Of a stretch of DNA of 59,440 bases, positions 27,481-36,993 are shown in pieces (positions within the stretch are counted from its first letter, which is position 1; every line of letters starts with the position of its first letter). The notes beneath the pieces were generated by a model that was given only the letters and a program-made list of their open reading frames with translations, was not told the origin of the DNA and ran no database searches. The position numbers and the translations under genes are program-made. Source of the DNA: Eubacteriales bacterium (GTDB taxonomy: Bacteria > Bacillota > Clostridia > Oscillospirales > CAG-272); NCBI GenBank assembly GCA_045632065.1, contig JAZQWA010000087.1, forward strand, positions 1-59,440, written 5' to 3'.

Positions 27481-27509
27481 ATATTATACCCAAAATATTA
27501 AAAAGTCAA
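27481..27509 (-). promoter_or_regulatory. Probable sigmaA promoter of the aromatic operon
   Basis: Minus strand TTGACT (27509-27504) with TATAAT at 15 bp or TAATAT at 17 bp spacing. Confidence 0.5.
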
Positions 27510-27550
27510 GTAAAAAAACTGTAAATATATGCATCTGATGGGCAAAACGG

Positions 27551-27579
27551 TTGACATAACCCTATTTTTGATGTATAAT
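27551..27579 (+). promoter_or_regulatory. sigmaA promoter of the FAD oxidoreductase
   Basis: TTGACA (27551-27556), 17 bp spacer, TATAAT (27574-27579). Confidence 0.8.
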
Positions 27580-27605
27580 TACATAAAAAAGAGAGGAGAA
27601 GCGCT

Positions 27606-29192
27606 ATGATTAAAACCAATATAAAGTTACCAATAAGCTATGACACCGAAGCGATAAAAGACGCTCTCCTTGCTCATATTCCGATAAAAAAAGACGAAAT
27701 TCATGATATAAAAATTCTGAAAAGAGCCCTGAATCTTAACGACAAATCGGACATTCATTATGACGTAACCGTAGGCGTCGCACTTTCTGCCGAAAGGGAA
27801 TCAGGACTTCTCAAAATGCGCAAAAAAGTGTTTGAGTGCGAGGATTTAACCCTGAATTTGCCGAAATGCAATTTTGATAATCGCCCCGTTGTCATAGGCG
27901 CAGGCCCTGCAGGTCTGTTTTGCGCTCTTCTTCTCGCAGAGGCAGGAGCAAAGCCGATACTTTTCGAAAGAGGACTTGACGTAGACTCCCGAGCGCAAAA
28001 GGTTGATACCTTTATCAAGCTTGGCGTACTTGATTCCGAGTGCAATATCCAGTTTGGCGAGGGCGGAGCAGGTAGCTTCTCCGACGGTAAGCTGAAAAGC
28101 GGAAGCATTGATAGGTACAAAATGAAAATTCTGTCCGAATTTGTGGACGCAGGCGCTCCCGAGGACATTTTGTACTCCGTAGGCGCTCACGTAGGTACGG
28201 ATAAGCTTCGCGAAATAGTAAAGAAGATACGGAATAAAATTATATCTCTTGGCGGTGAGGTGCATTTTGGTGCAAGGCTTACCGAGATAACCTTAAATAA
28301 TGAAAGGGTAGTCGGAGGAGCGGTAGAAAACGCTGGGGGCATAAGCAGATTTGATACTGATATTCTCGTTATGGCAACAGGCCACAGCGCAAGGGACAGC
28401 TTTGAGCTTCTGCGCTCCATAGGCGCTCCAATGCAGGCAAAGGGCTTTGGCATTGGAATGAGAATAGAGCATCCGAGAGAGTATATAAACGACCTTGTAT
28501 ATGGCAAGAATGCGCCCGATGAGCTTGGCGCCGCAAGCTATCATCTTGTAACTCACCTGAGCGGTGGCAGAAGCGTATATAGCTTCTGTATGTGCCCGGG
28601 CGGAATAGTTGTTCCTGCCGCAAGTGAGGAAGCTGGCATCGTTACCAACGGTATGAGTGAATACGCAAGAAATGCCGACAATTCCAACTCCGCGCTTTTG
28701 GTATCAGTGACACCCGAGGACTTTGGCTCGGACGACGTCCTTTGTGGAATAGATTTCCAAAGAAAAATCGAGCGCCGGGCATATAACGTTGCAGGTGGGA
28801 GCTATAAAGCTCCGTCAATCTCGATTCTTGGCTTGATGAATGACGATTATAAGTCGGAATTTTCGTCAGTCACCCCATCATATCCCATAGGAACCGTAAA
28901 GGCATCGCCTTACGACTATCTTCCGGAGTATATCGTTGACTCTGTAAAGGCAGGAATGCTTGATTTTGACGATTGGATGCCCGGCTTCAACTGTCCTGAG
29001 GCAGTCCTCACAGGCCCCGAAACAAGAACAACCTCACCCGTGAGAGTGCTACGCGACGAGAATTTCGAAACAATTGGAATAGCAGGACTCTATCCTGCAG
29101 GCGAGGGCGCAGGCTATGCAGGAGGAATAATATCCTCGGCTCGCGACGGTCTGCTCATAGCGGAGAAAATCATAGAAAAAAAGTTGATTTGA
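27606..29192 (+). CDS. Uncharacterized FAD-dependent oxidoreductase (COG2509-like)
   Basis: VIGAGPAG, QFGEGGAGSFSDGKL, HVGTD, ATGHSARD, SFCMCPGG, TNGMS, ETRTTSP, GEGAGYAGGI. Confidence 0.88.
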   Translation: MIKTNIKLPISYDTEAIKDALLAHIPIKKDEIHDIKILKRALNLNDKSDIHYDVTVGVALSAERESGLLKMRKKVFECEDLTLNLPKCNFDNRPVVIGAGPAGLFCALLLAEAGAKPILFERGLDVDSRAQKVDTFIKLGVLDSECNIQFGEGGAGSFSDGKLKSGSIDRYKMKILSEFVDAGAPEDILYSVGAHVGTDKLREIVKKIRNKIISLGGEVHFGARLTEITLNNERVVGGAVENAGGISRFDTDILVMATGHSARDSFELLRSIGAPMQAKGFGIGMRIEHPREYINDLVYGKNAPDELGAASYHLVTHLSGGRSVYSFCMCPGGIVVPAASEEAGIVTNGMSEYARNADNSNSALLVSVTPEDFGSDDVLCGIDFQRKIERRAYNVAGGSYKAPSISILGLMNDDYKSEFSSVTPSYPIGTVKASPYDYLPEYIVDSVKAGMLDFDDWMPGFNCPEAVLTGPETRTTSPVRVLRDENFETIGIAGLYPAGEGAGYAGGIISSARDGLLIAEKIIEKKLI

Positions 29193-29206
29193 CAACAAAA
29201 GATTAC

Positions 29207-29253
29207 AAAATCAGCGGTACATAGCACTTTTTGCTCTGTACCGCTGATTTTTT
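29207..29253. terminator. Bidirectional intrinsic terminator
   Basis: AAAATCAGCGGTACA...TGTACCGCTGATTTT between convergent genes. Confidence 0.85.
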
Positions 29254-31202
29254 TAGTTGATATTTCCTGATTCATATTCCTGCAAAAGAAGCATTAAATC
29301 TGCGATTTTTTCACGGATTTTTGCTCCCTTGTCGGTTTGCCTTACACGCATTTTATCTGCCTTGTGCTCGAATATTACCGTTTCTGAAACAATGTCGAGG
29401 TTGCCCTTTATAGCTTCCTCTCTGTTAAAGAACGGCTCGTGCGCTTGCAAACGAATTCCGTCAGCGTTGTATATCAGCGTGTAACCGCCAATTCCTGTGG
29501 AGCCGTGATATGCCTTGCAGAAGCCGCCGTCAATCACAATAATTCTTCCGTTAGCCTTCAGAGGATGCTCGCCCTGCTTTACAGGCAGATGTCCGTTTAT
29601 AATATGAGAGCCAATGCTGTTAAGTCCGAATTCTTCAAGAATTTTTATAGCTATTTTCTCATCGTTCCATGAGTTGTAGTAGGCGTTTTTAGGCTCATTC
29701 CAAGCGCCTTCATCGCTTATAAGCAATCTCTCAAAGGTTGCTATTTTCTTTCTTGCGCAAAGCGGAGAGTCCTTTCCACACCATAAGAACCAGAGAAAAT
29801 CCTTGCCGTCACGCTTTTCGATTGTACCGTTTTTGGCAAAGTAGCCCACTCTCGCCTTTTTGTCGCAGTAGTCCATAAGCGCCTTGCCCGAAAGACCGCC
29901 TGCCGCCTCAAGCGCCATAAAGCTGCCATCCTCGTTCATTGGAATACAGCCGTGGTAGAGAAGATTGTTGTTGTAGACGGTATACATTCCGCCCCTGTCG
30001 TATAGGAATCGGATTTGCCTTTGCAGCTTCTCCGAGCGCATAAATGCCACTCTCAAATACTCCATAACCGCGCTTTCCTCTTCGGTTAGCAGATACGAGC
30101 CTTTTTTAACTGTCGGCAGGTCTGTGTCTTTCAGAGCATATTCCTTTCCGTCGATTTTCACGCTGCCTTTTTTCTTGTCAATTTTCTCGGTTATAAGCCG
30201 TTCTTCCATTTTGAATTGAGGGTTGCGCCTTATAGTCTCGCTTTCCAGCTTAAACTGAATAATGCTTATAGCCTTGTGCATTTTTGCAACAAGAGTATCG
30301 TCTGTACCGGCATAATAATTACCGCCCGACTCACCCTTTGGGAGAAAGGCGCTTATATCGCTTTTGCCGTAAACCTTCTCGGCAAAAAGAGCAAGAGGTC
30401 TTAACGATATGCCGTAACCTATCTCAATAACGTCAAGATTCTTGTAGGTGATGGAGTTGTTTAGCACGGTGGCAATACAAACACGAGAGCCTGCCGCAGC
30501 GCCCATCCATAGCGCATCATGGTTGCCCCATTGAATGTCAATTGATTTTTCACCCATCAACTCATCTAAAATCATATCTGCTCTCGGGCCTCTGTCGAAG
30601 ATATCGCCTACAATGTGCAGATGGTCTATAACGAGGCTCTTGATAGCAGAGCAGAGCGCCACAATCACGTCATCGGATGCTCCGATTCGCACCGCAGTTT
30701 TGATTATGCTCTCGCAATAGGCGGACTTTTTAATATCGTCGCCCTCGCTGAGAAGCTCCTCGATAATATATTCGTATGCCCCCGCGCGCCTGTTAAGATG
30801 CGAGCGAACAACCTCTCTGGTGTATTTACTGCCAACAAGTCGACATACCTCAAGCAGTCTTATAATAGTGTCGGAATACCACTTCGAAAGCTCATCTCCA
30901 CGTGTCTTTACTGCCGCAAGCTTTTCCTCGGGATAATAAATAAGGCTTGAAAATTCTGCCATCTCCTCGTCGGACATCTCTTTTTCAAAAAGAAATTTAA
31001 CCTTGCTTCGTATAACACCCGATGCGTTGCGTCTTATGTGAGAGAATGCCTCCCACTCGCCGTGCAGGTCGCTTAAAAAATGCTCCGTGCCCTTAGGCAA
31101 ATTCAGTATGGCGTTAAGTCTGATAATTTCTGCTGCCACAGCAGACCTTGTAGGATATTGCTTGGAGAGCTCTAAAAGATATTTTCTTTCTGTCAAGGAC
31201 AT
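29253..31202 (-). CDS. fbp: Fructose-1,6-bisphosphatase class 3
   Basis: LNLPKGTEHFLSDLHGE, GDIFDRGP, QWGNHD, YHGCIP, IINGH, IDGGF, TGIGGYTL; ATG 31202 follows GGAGG. Confidence 0.93.
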   Translation of the reverse strand: MSLTERKYLLELSKQYPTRSAVAAEIIRLNAILNLPKGTEHFLSDLHGEWEAFSHIRRNASGVIRSKVKFLFEKEMSDEEMAEFSSLIYYPEEKLAAVKTRGDELSKWYSDTIIRLLEVCRLVGSKYTREVVRSHLNRRAGAYEYIIEELLSEGDDIKKSAYCESIIKTAVRIGASDDVIVALCSAIKSLVIDHLHIVGDIFDRGPRADMILDELMGEKSIDIQWGNHDALWMGAAAGSRVCIATVLNNSITYKNLDVIEIGYGISLRPLALFAEKVYGKSDISAFLPKGESGGNYYAGTDDTLVAKMHKAISIIQFKLESETIRRNPQFKMEERLITEKIDKKKGSVKIDGKEYALKDTDLPTVKKGSYLLTEEESAVMEYLRVAFMRSEKLQRQIRFLYDRGGMYTVYNNNLLYHGCIPMNEDGSFMALEAAGGLSGKALMDYCDKKARVGYFAKNGTIEKRDGKDFLWFLWCGKDSPLCARKKIATFERLLISDEGAWNEPKNAYYNSWNDEKIAIKILEEFGLNSIGSHIINGHLPVKQGEHPLKANGRIIVIDGGFCKAYHGSTGIGGYTLIYNADGIRLQAHEPFFNREEAIKGNLDIVSETVIFEHKADKMRVRQTDKGAKIREKIADLMLLLQEYESGNIN

Positions 31203-31225
31203 AATAGTTCCTCCGTAAAAAAATA

Positions 31226-31726
31226 TTATTGAATCAGTCCCGCTCCTTGTTTTTTGATTAGATAATAAAGTCCCGTGCCGCCTATACCTGCGCACACTAT
31301 CTCGCCAACTGCTACCGAAATCATAAGAAGCCAGTATGCATCAGGAACGCCATAAGCGTAAATCAGCACGAAAGGCACTATGATTGCATTGGCTAATATT
31401 GTGGGCAGAGTGCAAACCCACTTAAACTTTTCGGGCAGCTTAATAAGTAATCTTGCGCCAATAGCGCCAATCAAGGTTGCAAGACTGCCGAAAATTACGT
31501 CCCACACCACGCATCCTGATAGAATGTTGGATATTAGGCAACCGATAAATAATCCTGGCACAGCCTCAGGCATAAAAATCGGCAGAATACACAGCGCCTC
31601 TGAAATACGGAACTGGATTGCTCCGCTGGAAAGTCCGACAGCAGACGCTATGGCTGTCAGGGCAACGTAGATGGCGGCAATAAGAGCGCCGCGTGTGGTG
31701 TAAAGAGTCAGATTCTTCTTTTTCAT
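31226..31726 (-). CDS. queT: QueT family queuosine-precursor transporter (ECF S component)
   Basis: ALIAAIYVALT, GAIQFRISEAL, GLFIGCLISN, DVIFGSLATL; preceded by a preQ1 riboswitch. Confidence 0.9.
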   Translation of the reverse strand: MKKKNLTLYTTRGALIAAIYVALTAIASAVGLSSGAIQFRISEALCILPIFMPEAVPGLFIGCLISNILSGCVVWDVIFGSLATLIGAIGARLLIKLPEKFKWVCTLPTILANAIIVPFVLIYAYGVPDAYWLLMISVAVGEIVCAGIGGTGLYYLIKKQGAGLIQ

Positions 31727-31736
31727 TTTTTCTTCT

Positions 31737-31800
31737 TCCTTAGTTTTGTTTTTTTTTGCCGAAATCTCGGCTCGGTGAGGATGGTTACGAACTCACCGCT
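31737..31800 (-). ncRNA. preQ1-I riboswitch
   Basis: Minus strand CGGTGAG-TTCGTAACCATC-CTCACCG (P1 and loop), extra hairpin GCCGAGATTTCGGC, A-rich tail ending AAAACTAAGGA; directly upstream of queT and downstream of TGATATAAT. Confidence 0.85.
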
Positions 31801-31918
31801 TCTTATTATATCATAAATTCCTTGTCAAAACAACACCTTTATAAAAATTTCTCTTACAAGGTAACAAATCGCCACCTCGCGCAGTATAATGACAGAAAAA
31901 GAACATGGGCGGTGCAAT

Positions 31919-32506
31919 GTGGAGTTTTTGCTGATTGGAGAATCTAAGCTTAAAATTGTAGTAACCGAGGAGGAAATGGCTATTCATAATCTTGAAAATC
32001 CCTCCGAGGATAAGGCAGGCGTCAAGCTCAGACGCGCGATATGGCGAGTTCTGGATATGGCGAAGGCAGAGGTTGGATTTGACCCCGCTGGAGATAAGGT
32101 GCTTATACAGTTTTATCCCATAAAAAGCGGCGGTTGCGAGATTTTTGTAACCAAGCTTGGCATACTTCCCGAATCCTCCGCAAGACTTGTATCAAAATCA
32201 AACAAAATTTCCATGCTTTCAAGAAGTAAGAGCTTTTACGTATTCTCAAATATTGATGACCTTATTTGCGCCGCGAGAGCAGTAAAAAGGCTTACGGATG
32301 ACGTACCAACCGTAAGCGACGTTTATTTTTGCGGAGATAGATATTATCTCGCCATTGAGGAGTACGGAAAAGGCGGCGAGCCTATGGAATTTCCATGTAT
32401 TCTGGAATTCTCATCAGGACTCGCCGCCGATTTTGGAGCATATATCACCGAGCATGCCACCCGTCTCACAAGCGGCAATGCCGTAGAGATATTTTCAGCT
32501 CTGTAA
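31919..32506 (+). CDS. mecA: Adaptor protein MecA-like
   Basis: MEFLLIGESKLKIV, FDPAGDKVLIQFYP..GGCEIFVTK, YVFSNIDDL, SDVY, YITEHA; GTG 31919 follows GGCGGTG. Confidence 0.75.
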   Translation: MEFLLIGESKLKIVVTEEEMAIHNLENPSEDKAGVKLRRAIWRVLDMAKAEVGFDPAGDKVLIQFYPIKSGGCEIFVTKLGILPESSARLVSKSNKISMLSRSKSFYVFSNIDDLICAARAVKRLTDDVPTVSDVYFCGDRYYLAIEEYGKGGEPMEFPCILEFSSGLAADFGAYITEHATRLTSGNAVEIFSAL

Positions 32507-32509
32507 TAG

Positions 32510-32953
32510 TTACTTATTCTCAATATCCATCATCATTTCCACGCGTACTGCATGGCGGCCGCCCTCAAACTCTGCGCTGAGGAAGGCGTCAACAATGTCA
32601 AGAGCAAGGCAGGAGCCGATAACTCTCGCGCCCATGCAGAGAACGTTTGCGTCGTTGTGGCATCTTGTCATTCTTGCAGAGTAGGTGTCGGAGCAGAGAG
32701 CAGCTCTGATGCCCTTATGCTTGTTTGCGCACATAGACATACCGATGCCCGTGCCACAAACAAGGATACCATAGGAATTTTCGTCGCTCTGTACTTTCTC
32801 GCAAACCTTGCTTGCAAATTCGGGGTAGTGACAAGATGCGGTAGAGTCGCATCCGCAGTCAATAACCTCGTATCCCATAGCTGTAAGATGCTCTATAACC
32901 TCTCTCTTGAGTGTAAATCCCGCGCTGTCTGCGCCAATGTAAATTTTCTTCAT
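32510..32953 (-). CDS. rpiB: Ribose-5-phosphate isomerase B
   Basis: CGTGIGMSMCANK, HNDANVLCMGAR, FEGGRH. Confidence 0.94.
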   Translation of the reverse strand: MKKIYIGADSAGFTLKREVIEHLTAMGYEVIDCGCDSTASCHYPEFASKVCEKVQSDENSYGILVCGTGIGMSMCANKHKGIRAALCSDTYSARMTRCHNDANVLCMGARVIGSCLALDIVDAFLSAEFEGGRHAVRVEMMMDIENK

Positions 32954-32956
32954 TTT

Positions 32957-33661
32957 TCAGTTTTCCTTTACTTTTTCCTTTTCAAGTCTTTCACGCTCAG
33001 CCTGAGGCAGTCTTAAATACATGGGGGATAACTCGCGGTCGGTGGTAATCTCGCCGGCATTGTATTTTCTGAATGCAACCTTAGCTACCGAAACTGCATT
33101 CTGGCAGATAAGAAGCTCGGGCGTGTCACAAAGCTTAACTCCCTCAGCCAAAAGCGCCTTTTTCGCCACCTCGTATCCGTCGCCCACAAGATAAACAGGT
33201 TCGCTATATTCCTTTAATTCCTCTGCAAGAGCAGAAAGAGCGATAGCCCTGTCCTCGCAAAGCCTCTCAAGATTCTCACCCTTGAAGGTTGCGGTGTAAA
33301 CCTGGGCGCGTCTTGCATCCATGCAGGGAACAACAATTCCCGAAAGTCCGCGGAGATTTTCAGCCAGCGCCTCAATGGTGGAAACCTCAACGCAGGGAAT
33401 ATCTCTGCCAAAGGCAAGTCCCTTAATAAGCGAAACACCTATACGAACTCCTGTAAATGAGCCCGGGCCAACCGATGTTGCATAAAGGTCAATGTCAGAA
33501 AAGGATAATCTCAGCGATTTTAAAAGATTTTCGGCCATAGGAAGCAAAAGCTCGCTCTGTGTCAGACCGTTGTCTATGGTGTAATAGCCAAGCGTCTTAT
33601 CACCGTCGCAAACCGCAACGGTAGCAGCCTTTGCCGTGCCGTCAAATGCAAGTATTTTCAT
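32957..33661 (-). CDS. tsaB: tRNA t6A biosynthesis protein TsaB
   Basis: ILAFD, SELLLP, GPGSFTGVRIG, DARRAQVY, PMYLR. Confidence 0.94.
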   Translation of the reverse strand: MKILAFDGTAKAATVAVCDGDKTLGYYTIDNGLTQSELLLPMAENLLKSLRLSFSDIDLYATSVGPGSFTGVRIGVSLIKGLAFGRDIPCVEVSTIEALAENLRGLSGIVVPCMDARRAQVYTATFKGENLERLCEDRAIALSALAEELKEYSEPVYLVGDGYEVAKKALLAEGVKLCDTPELLICQNAVSVAKVAFRKYNAGEITTDRELSPMYLRLPQAERERLEKEKVKEN

Positions 33662-34083
33662 AATTTTATCTCTATTTTCCTTTCTTCACTGTCCCCGTCA
33701 GTACGGGAAATAGTGACGAAAATTGCGTCAGAGGGGATTTCGTCCTCAATATTCTCCGACCACTCGGCTATAAGATAGCCCTCGGAGCTTACGTAATCGT
33801 CGTAGCCGACCGAATATAAGTCGTCGCCGTCTGAAATTCTATACATATCAAAGTGGAAGATGTTGGCCTGTCCCCTGTACTCATTAACGATAGTGTAGGT
33901 AGGGCTTTTTACTCCCGAAATGCCAAAATGTGAGGCAAATCCACGGGTAAAAGCAGTCTTGCCGACTCCCATCTCGCCTCTCATGGCGATAAAGGCGGAT
34001 TTTCTTCCCAAATCGCATAGCTCTTTTGCCAGAGCCTTGCCCGCAGCCTCTGTTTCAGCGGTTGATTTTGTTAATATTGTCAT
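33658..34083 (-). CDS. tsaE: tRNA t6A biosynthesis ATPase TsaE
   Basis: GEMGVGKT, SPTYTIVNEY, HFDMYR, AEW. Confidence 0.94.
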   Translation of the reverse strand: MTILTKSTAETEAAGKALAKELCDLGRKSAFIAMRGEMGVGKTAFTRGFASHFGISGVKSPTYTIVNEYRGQANIFHFDMYRISDGDDLYSVGYDDYVSSEGYLIAEWSENIEDEIPSDAIFVTISRTDGDSEERKIEIKL

Positions 34084-34084
34084 T

Positions 34085-35269
34085 CTAATTTATCTCCGAC
34101 AGATAATTGCAAGCATTTTCGCTAAGAAGAAAACGAAGTGTCGCTTCGTACTCTTCTTTTGCTTTTTGCTTTGCATTTTCTGTCATTTTTTCGTTTTTAA
34201 TAGCCTTTATAAGCGTGTTTTTTGGAGTATTCTCGGGGTCTGTCAGCTCAAGAGCTGAAACGTTATATCCGTTTGCCACAAGTCGCTTCAAGCGCAGCGA
34301 ATCTGTAATCGCCTCGCATAGCTTGTTTGAAATATGCGGGTAATCGGTAACAAAGGAAAGCTCCCCCGCTACGATTTTGCCGTTCAGGTAGTTGTGACAG
34401 CAGGGAGTGGACAAAATAATCTTCGCGCCCATTCGAATAGCCGAATTTATCACAATATCGGTGGCAATATCGCATGCATGCAAGGAAATAACCATATCGG
34501 GCATTTCGGTGGGATTTATTTTAGAAATATCGCCAACCTCAAAGTGCATACCCGAGTATCCAAGCTCACGCGCCAGATTCTCGCACCACAAAATTACGTC
34601 GCGCTTTAAGTCAACGCAATACATATAAACCTTGCGACCTTTTACTGCGGTAAGATAGTAATAAACCGTAAAGCTGAGATAGCTTTTTCCACAGCAGAGA
34701 TCGTAAATTTTCAGCTCGCCATCACCGTTTAATTTAGGATAAATTTCCTCAATGTGCTCCAGGAATTTATTAATCTGCCTGAATTTACCCTGCTTTTTAT
34801 CGTGAATTCTGCCGTTTTCAGCGCTTACACCGAGCTTTATTAAGAAGTCCTCACTGCCTGTCAGTATGTAGTTCTTTTGCCTGTCCAGCGCCTCGATTGC
34901 CGATTCGAAATCGGGGGATTTGCCATCAAGCTTGCGCTTTAGATTGTCACCGCCAAGCACGATTTCTTTACCGCCCTTTGACATCTTCCATTCCGCGTCA
35001 CCAAGCGTCGTAATCAGATTTGCCTGTCTGTACTCCTCAAGTAGCAATTCAATTTCTCCGAGAAAATCGGCTTCAGTCAGGTTTTTGTGAGAAACGGTGT
35101 TTCCCGGCAGGGAATATTCCATAGCCAAAAGCCGTCTTCCGCGATGAGCGCAAAGACGGCAGGATATTTTACTGATTTCGCTGCTCTTGGGCCTTGACAG
35201 GACAAGCTTTTTCAGCGTCTCTTTTTTGAATGATAATTCAATAAGCTGTAAAAAATCCGATTTAGTCAT
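34085..35269 (-). CDS. SAM-dependent methyltransferase (Methyltransf_32-like)
   Basis: KFRQINKFLE, DLCCGKSYL, SLHACDIATD, PCCH, TPKN. Confidence 0.85.
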   Translation of the reverse strand: MTKSDFLQLIELSFKKETLKKLVLSRPKSSEISKISCRLCAHRGRRLLAMEYSLPGNTVSHKNLTEADFLGEIELLLEEYRQANLITTLGDAEWKMSKGGKEIVLGGDNLKRKLDGKSPDFESAIEALDRQKNYILTGSEDFLIKLGVSAENGRIHDKKQGKFRQINKFLEHIEEIYPKLNGDGELKIYDLCCGKSYLSFTVYYYLTAVKGRKVYMYCVDLKRDVILWCENLARELGYSGMHFEVGDISKINPTEMPDMVISLHACDIATDIVINSAIRMGAKIILSTPCCHNYLNGKIVAGELSFVTDYPHISNKLCEAITDSLRLKRLVANGYNVSALELTDPENTPKNTLIKAIKNEKMTENAKQKAKEEYEATLRFLLSENACNYLSEIN

Positions 35270-35996
35270 TTTCCTCTTTTTTTACCTTCTTGAAGGAAAT
35301 TTTATTTTCGGTTCTTTCCGAAATACGCTTCAGGTTGGCTCTGTGACACCAAACGATAAAGATTGCAAGAATAATGCAGCAAAGCGCCGTAATGCCCGAA
35401 AGCTCCATGCCGAGAACCAATCTGCTGTTAAATCTTACGATAACAGGGTAAAGCACCGCAACGCAAACCGAGCCGAGAGAAACGTATCTTGACATAGCTA
35501 CAATAGCCACGAAGAGCGCAAGTAAAATCACAAAGGGAATAGGTGTGAGAATCAGCGCCATAGTAGCAGTTACAAGCACGCCCTTGCCGCCCTTAAATCC
35601 GTAGTAAACAGGGAATACGTGACCTAAAACCGCAAACAAGCCTGCCATATAGCAATATCCGTCGTGGTGGCTCATTCCGCCTACGTAATGGAAACCGAGC
35701 AGAAGTCCGGTGAAGAGCAGAGCCAGAGCGGTTTTAAGCATATCGCCCACAAGCGTCAGCGCTGCAGCCCCCTTGCCGTATGTGCGGAGCATATTAGTCA
35801 TACCCGCATTACCACTGCCATATTTACGTATATCATCTCTATACAGAATCTTGGATATAATAATCGCAGAATTAACGCTTCCGAGAAGGTAGGAAACTGC
35901 AATTGAAAGCAAAATAAATCCTATCCAGGTAGCATAAACCTGCCATGTCTCATTAAATTGTAAAAGTGAGATTAAACCGTTGTTTAAAAGATTCAT
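35262..35996 (-). CDS. plsY: Glycerol-3-phosphate 1-O-acyltransferase
   Basis: YLLGS, DIRKYGSGNAGMTN, GHVFP, FKGGKGV, RYVSLGS, HRANLKR. Confidence 0.94.
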   Translation of the reverse strand: MNLLNNGLISLLQFNETWQVYATWIGFILLSIAVSYLLGSVNSAIIISKILYRDDIRKYGSGNAGMTNMLRTYGKGAAALTLVGDMLKTALALLFTGLLLGFHYVGGMSHHDGYCYMAGLFAVLGHVFPVYYGFKGGKGVLVTATMALILTPIPFVILLALFVAIVAMSRYVSLGSVCVAVLYPVIVRFNSRLVLGMELSGITALCCIILAIFIVWCHRANLKRISERTENKISFKKVKKEEND

Positions 35997-36027
35997 AAGA
36001 AGCCACTTTCTAAAATTTTTTCATTTA

Positions 36028-36093
36028 ATTATAACATTATAGGCGCATAATGTCAAGAAATATCTTGCAATTTCGTTTTCGTTGTTGTATAAT
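36028..36093. promoter_or_regulatory. Divergent sigmaA promoters (plsY operon and queG)
   Basis: Minus: TTGACA (36056-36051)-17-TATAAT (36033-36028). Plus: TTGCAA (36065-36070)-17-TATAAT (36088-36093). Confidence 0.75.
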
Positions 36094-36116
36094 CGTTGTG
36101 AAAGGCGGTGAAATAT

Positions 36117-36932
36117 ATGTATAGCGAGCTGAAAAACTATTTTTCAATGATGAATATAGAGTATTTTTCCACACTTTCATATACCGATTGCCGTGAAATT
36201 AACAAAAGCATAGCGGATAGGGAAAATTTTGTCCCTAAAAGCGTTATAATATATCTTTTGCCTTACTACACAGGCGAAACCGTTAATATTTCAAGATATG
36301 CCGCGTCCTATGATTACCACCTTGCCATTCGCGAGATAAACGAGGGTGCAATAAAGCTTCTTCAGGAGCGATTTCCCGAAGCCTCGTTTAAGGGCTACGG
36401 AGACCATAGTCCTATTGATGAGCGACAAGCAGCCCTAATCAGCGGCCTCGGTATCGCAGGGGATAACGGCCTTATTATTAACGAAAAATACGGAAGCTAT
36501 ATCTTTATCGGAGATATTGTTACCGATATAGAGCCAGAAGAATTAGGCGCAGTCGCTCCTATGTCAATTCTTCGTTGCGAGGGCTGCGGAATTTGCAAGG
36601 CCTCATGTCCTACGGGTATTCTCCGAGGCGAAGGTACAGATTGCCTTTCCGCCATAACGCAGAAAAAAGGGGCTCTCACCGAAGAGGAGCAGCAGTTGAT
36701 GCTCGATAATAACACCGTTTGGGGCTGCGACCTTTGCCAGATTTACTGTCCGCATAACCTGTCTGCCGTGAAAACTCCCGTGGAGTTCTTCTACGTCAAC
36801 CGTATTGACTCTCTTAACCGAGAGGTGCTTGATTCTATGGATAAAGAGGAATTTAACCGTCGAGCATTCGCATGGAGAAAGAGAGCGACGGTAGAGCGCA
36901 ATATCAGCATTTTTGAGGAAAAATGTAAATAA
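36117..36932 (+). CDS. queG: Epoxyqueuosine reductase QueG-like protein (cobalamin, 2x 4Fe-4S)
   Basis: ISRYA..DYH, ERQAA..GLG..GDN, YGSYIFIG, CEGCGICKASCP, CLS..TQ, WGCDLCQIYCP; alternative GTG start 36108. Confidence 0.82.
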   Translation: MYSELKNYFSMMNIEYFSTLSYTDCREINKSIADRENFVPKSVIIYLLPYYTGETVNISRYAASYDYHLAIREINEGAIKLLQERFPEASFKGYGDHSPIDERQAALISGLGIAGDNGLIINEKYGSYIFIGDIVTDIEPEELGAVAPMSILRCEGCGICKASCPTGILRGEGTDCLSAITQKKGALTEEEQQLMLDNNTVWGCDLCQIYCPHNLSAVKTPVEFFYVNRIDSLNREVLDSMDKEEFNRRAFAWRKRATVERNISIFEEKCK

Positions 36933-36993
36933 TTATTTGCGAAAATGGCAAAAATAATTAAAATAAGGCGAAAATAAGAGAGGAAATTGGAGT

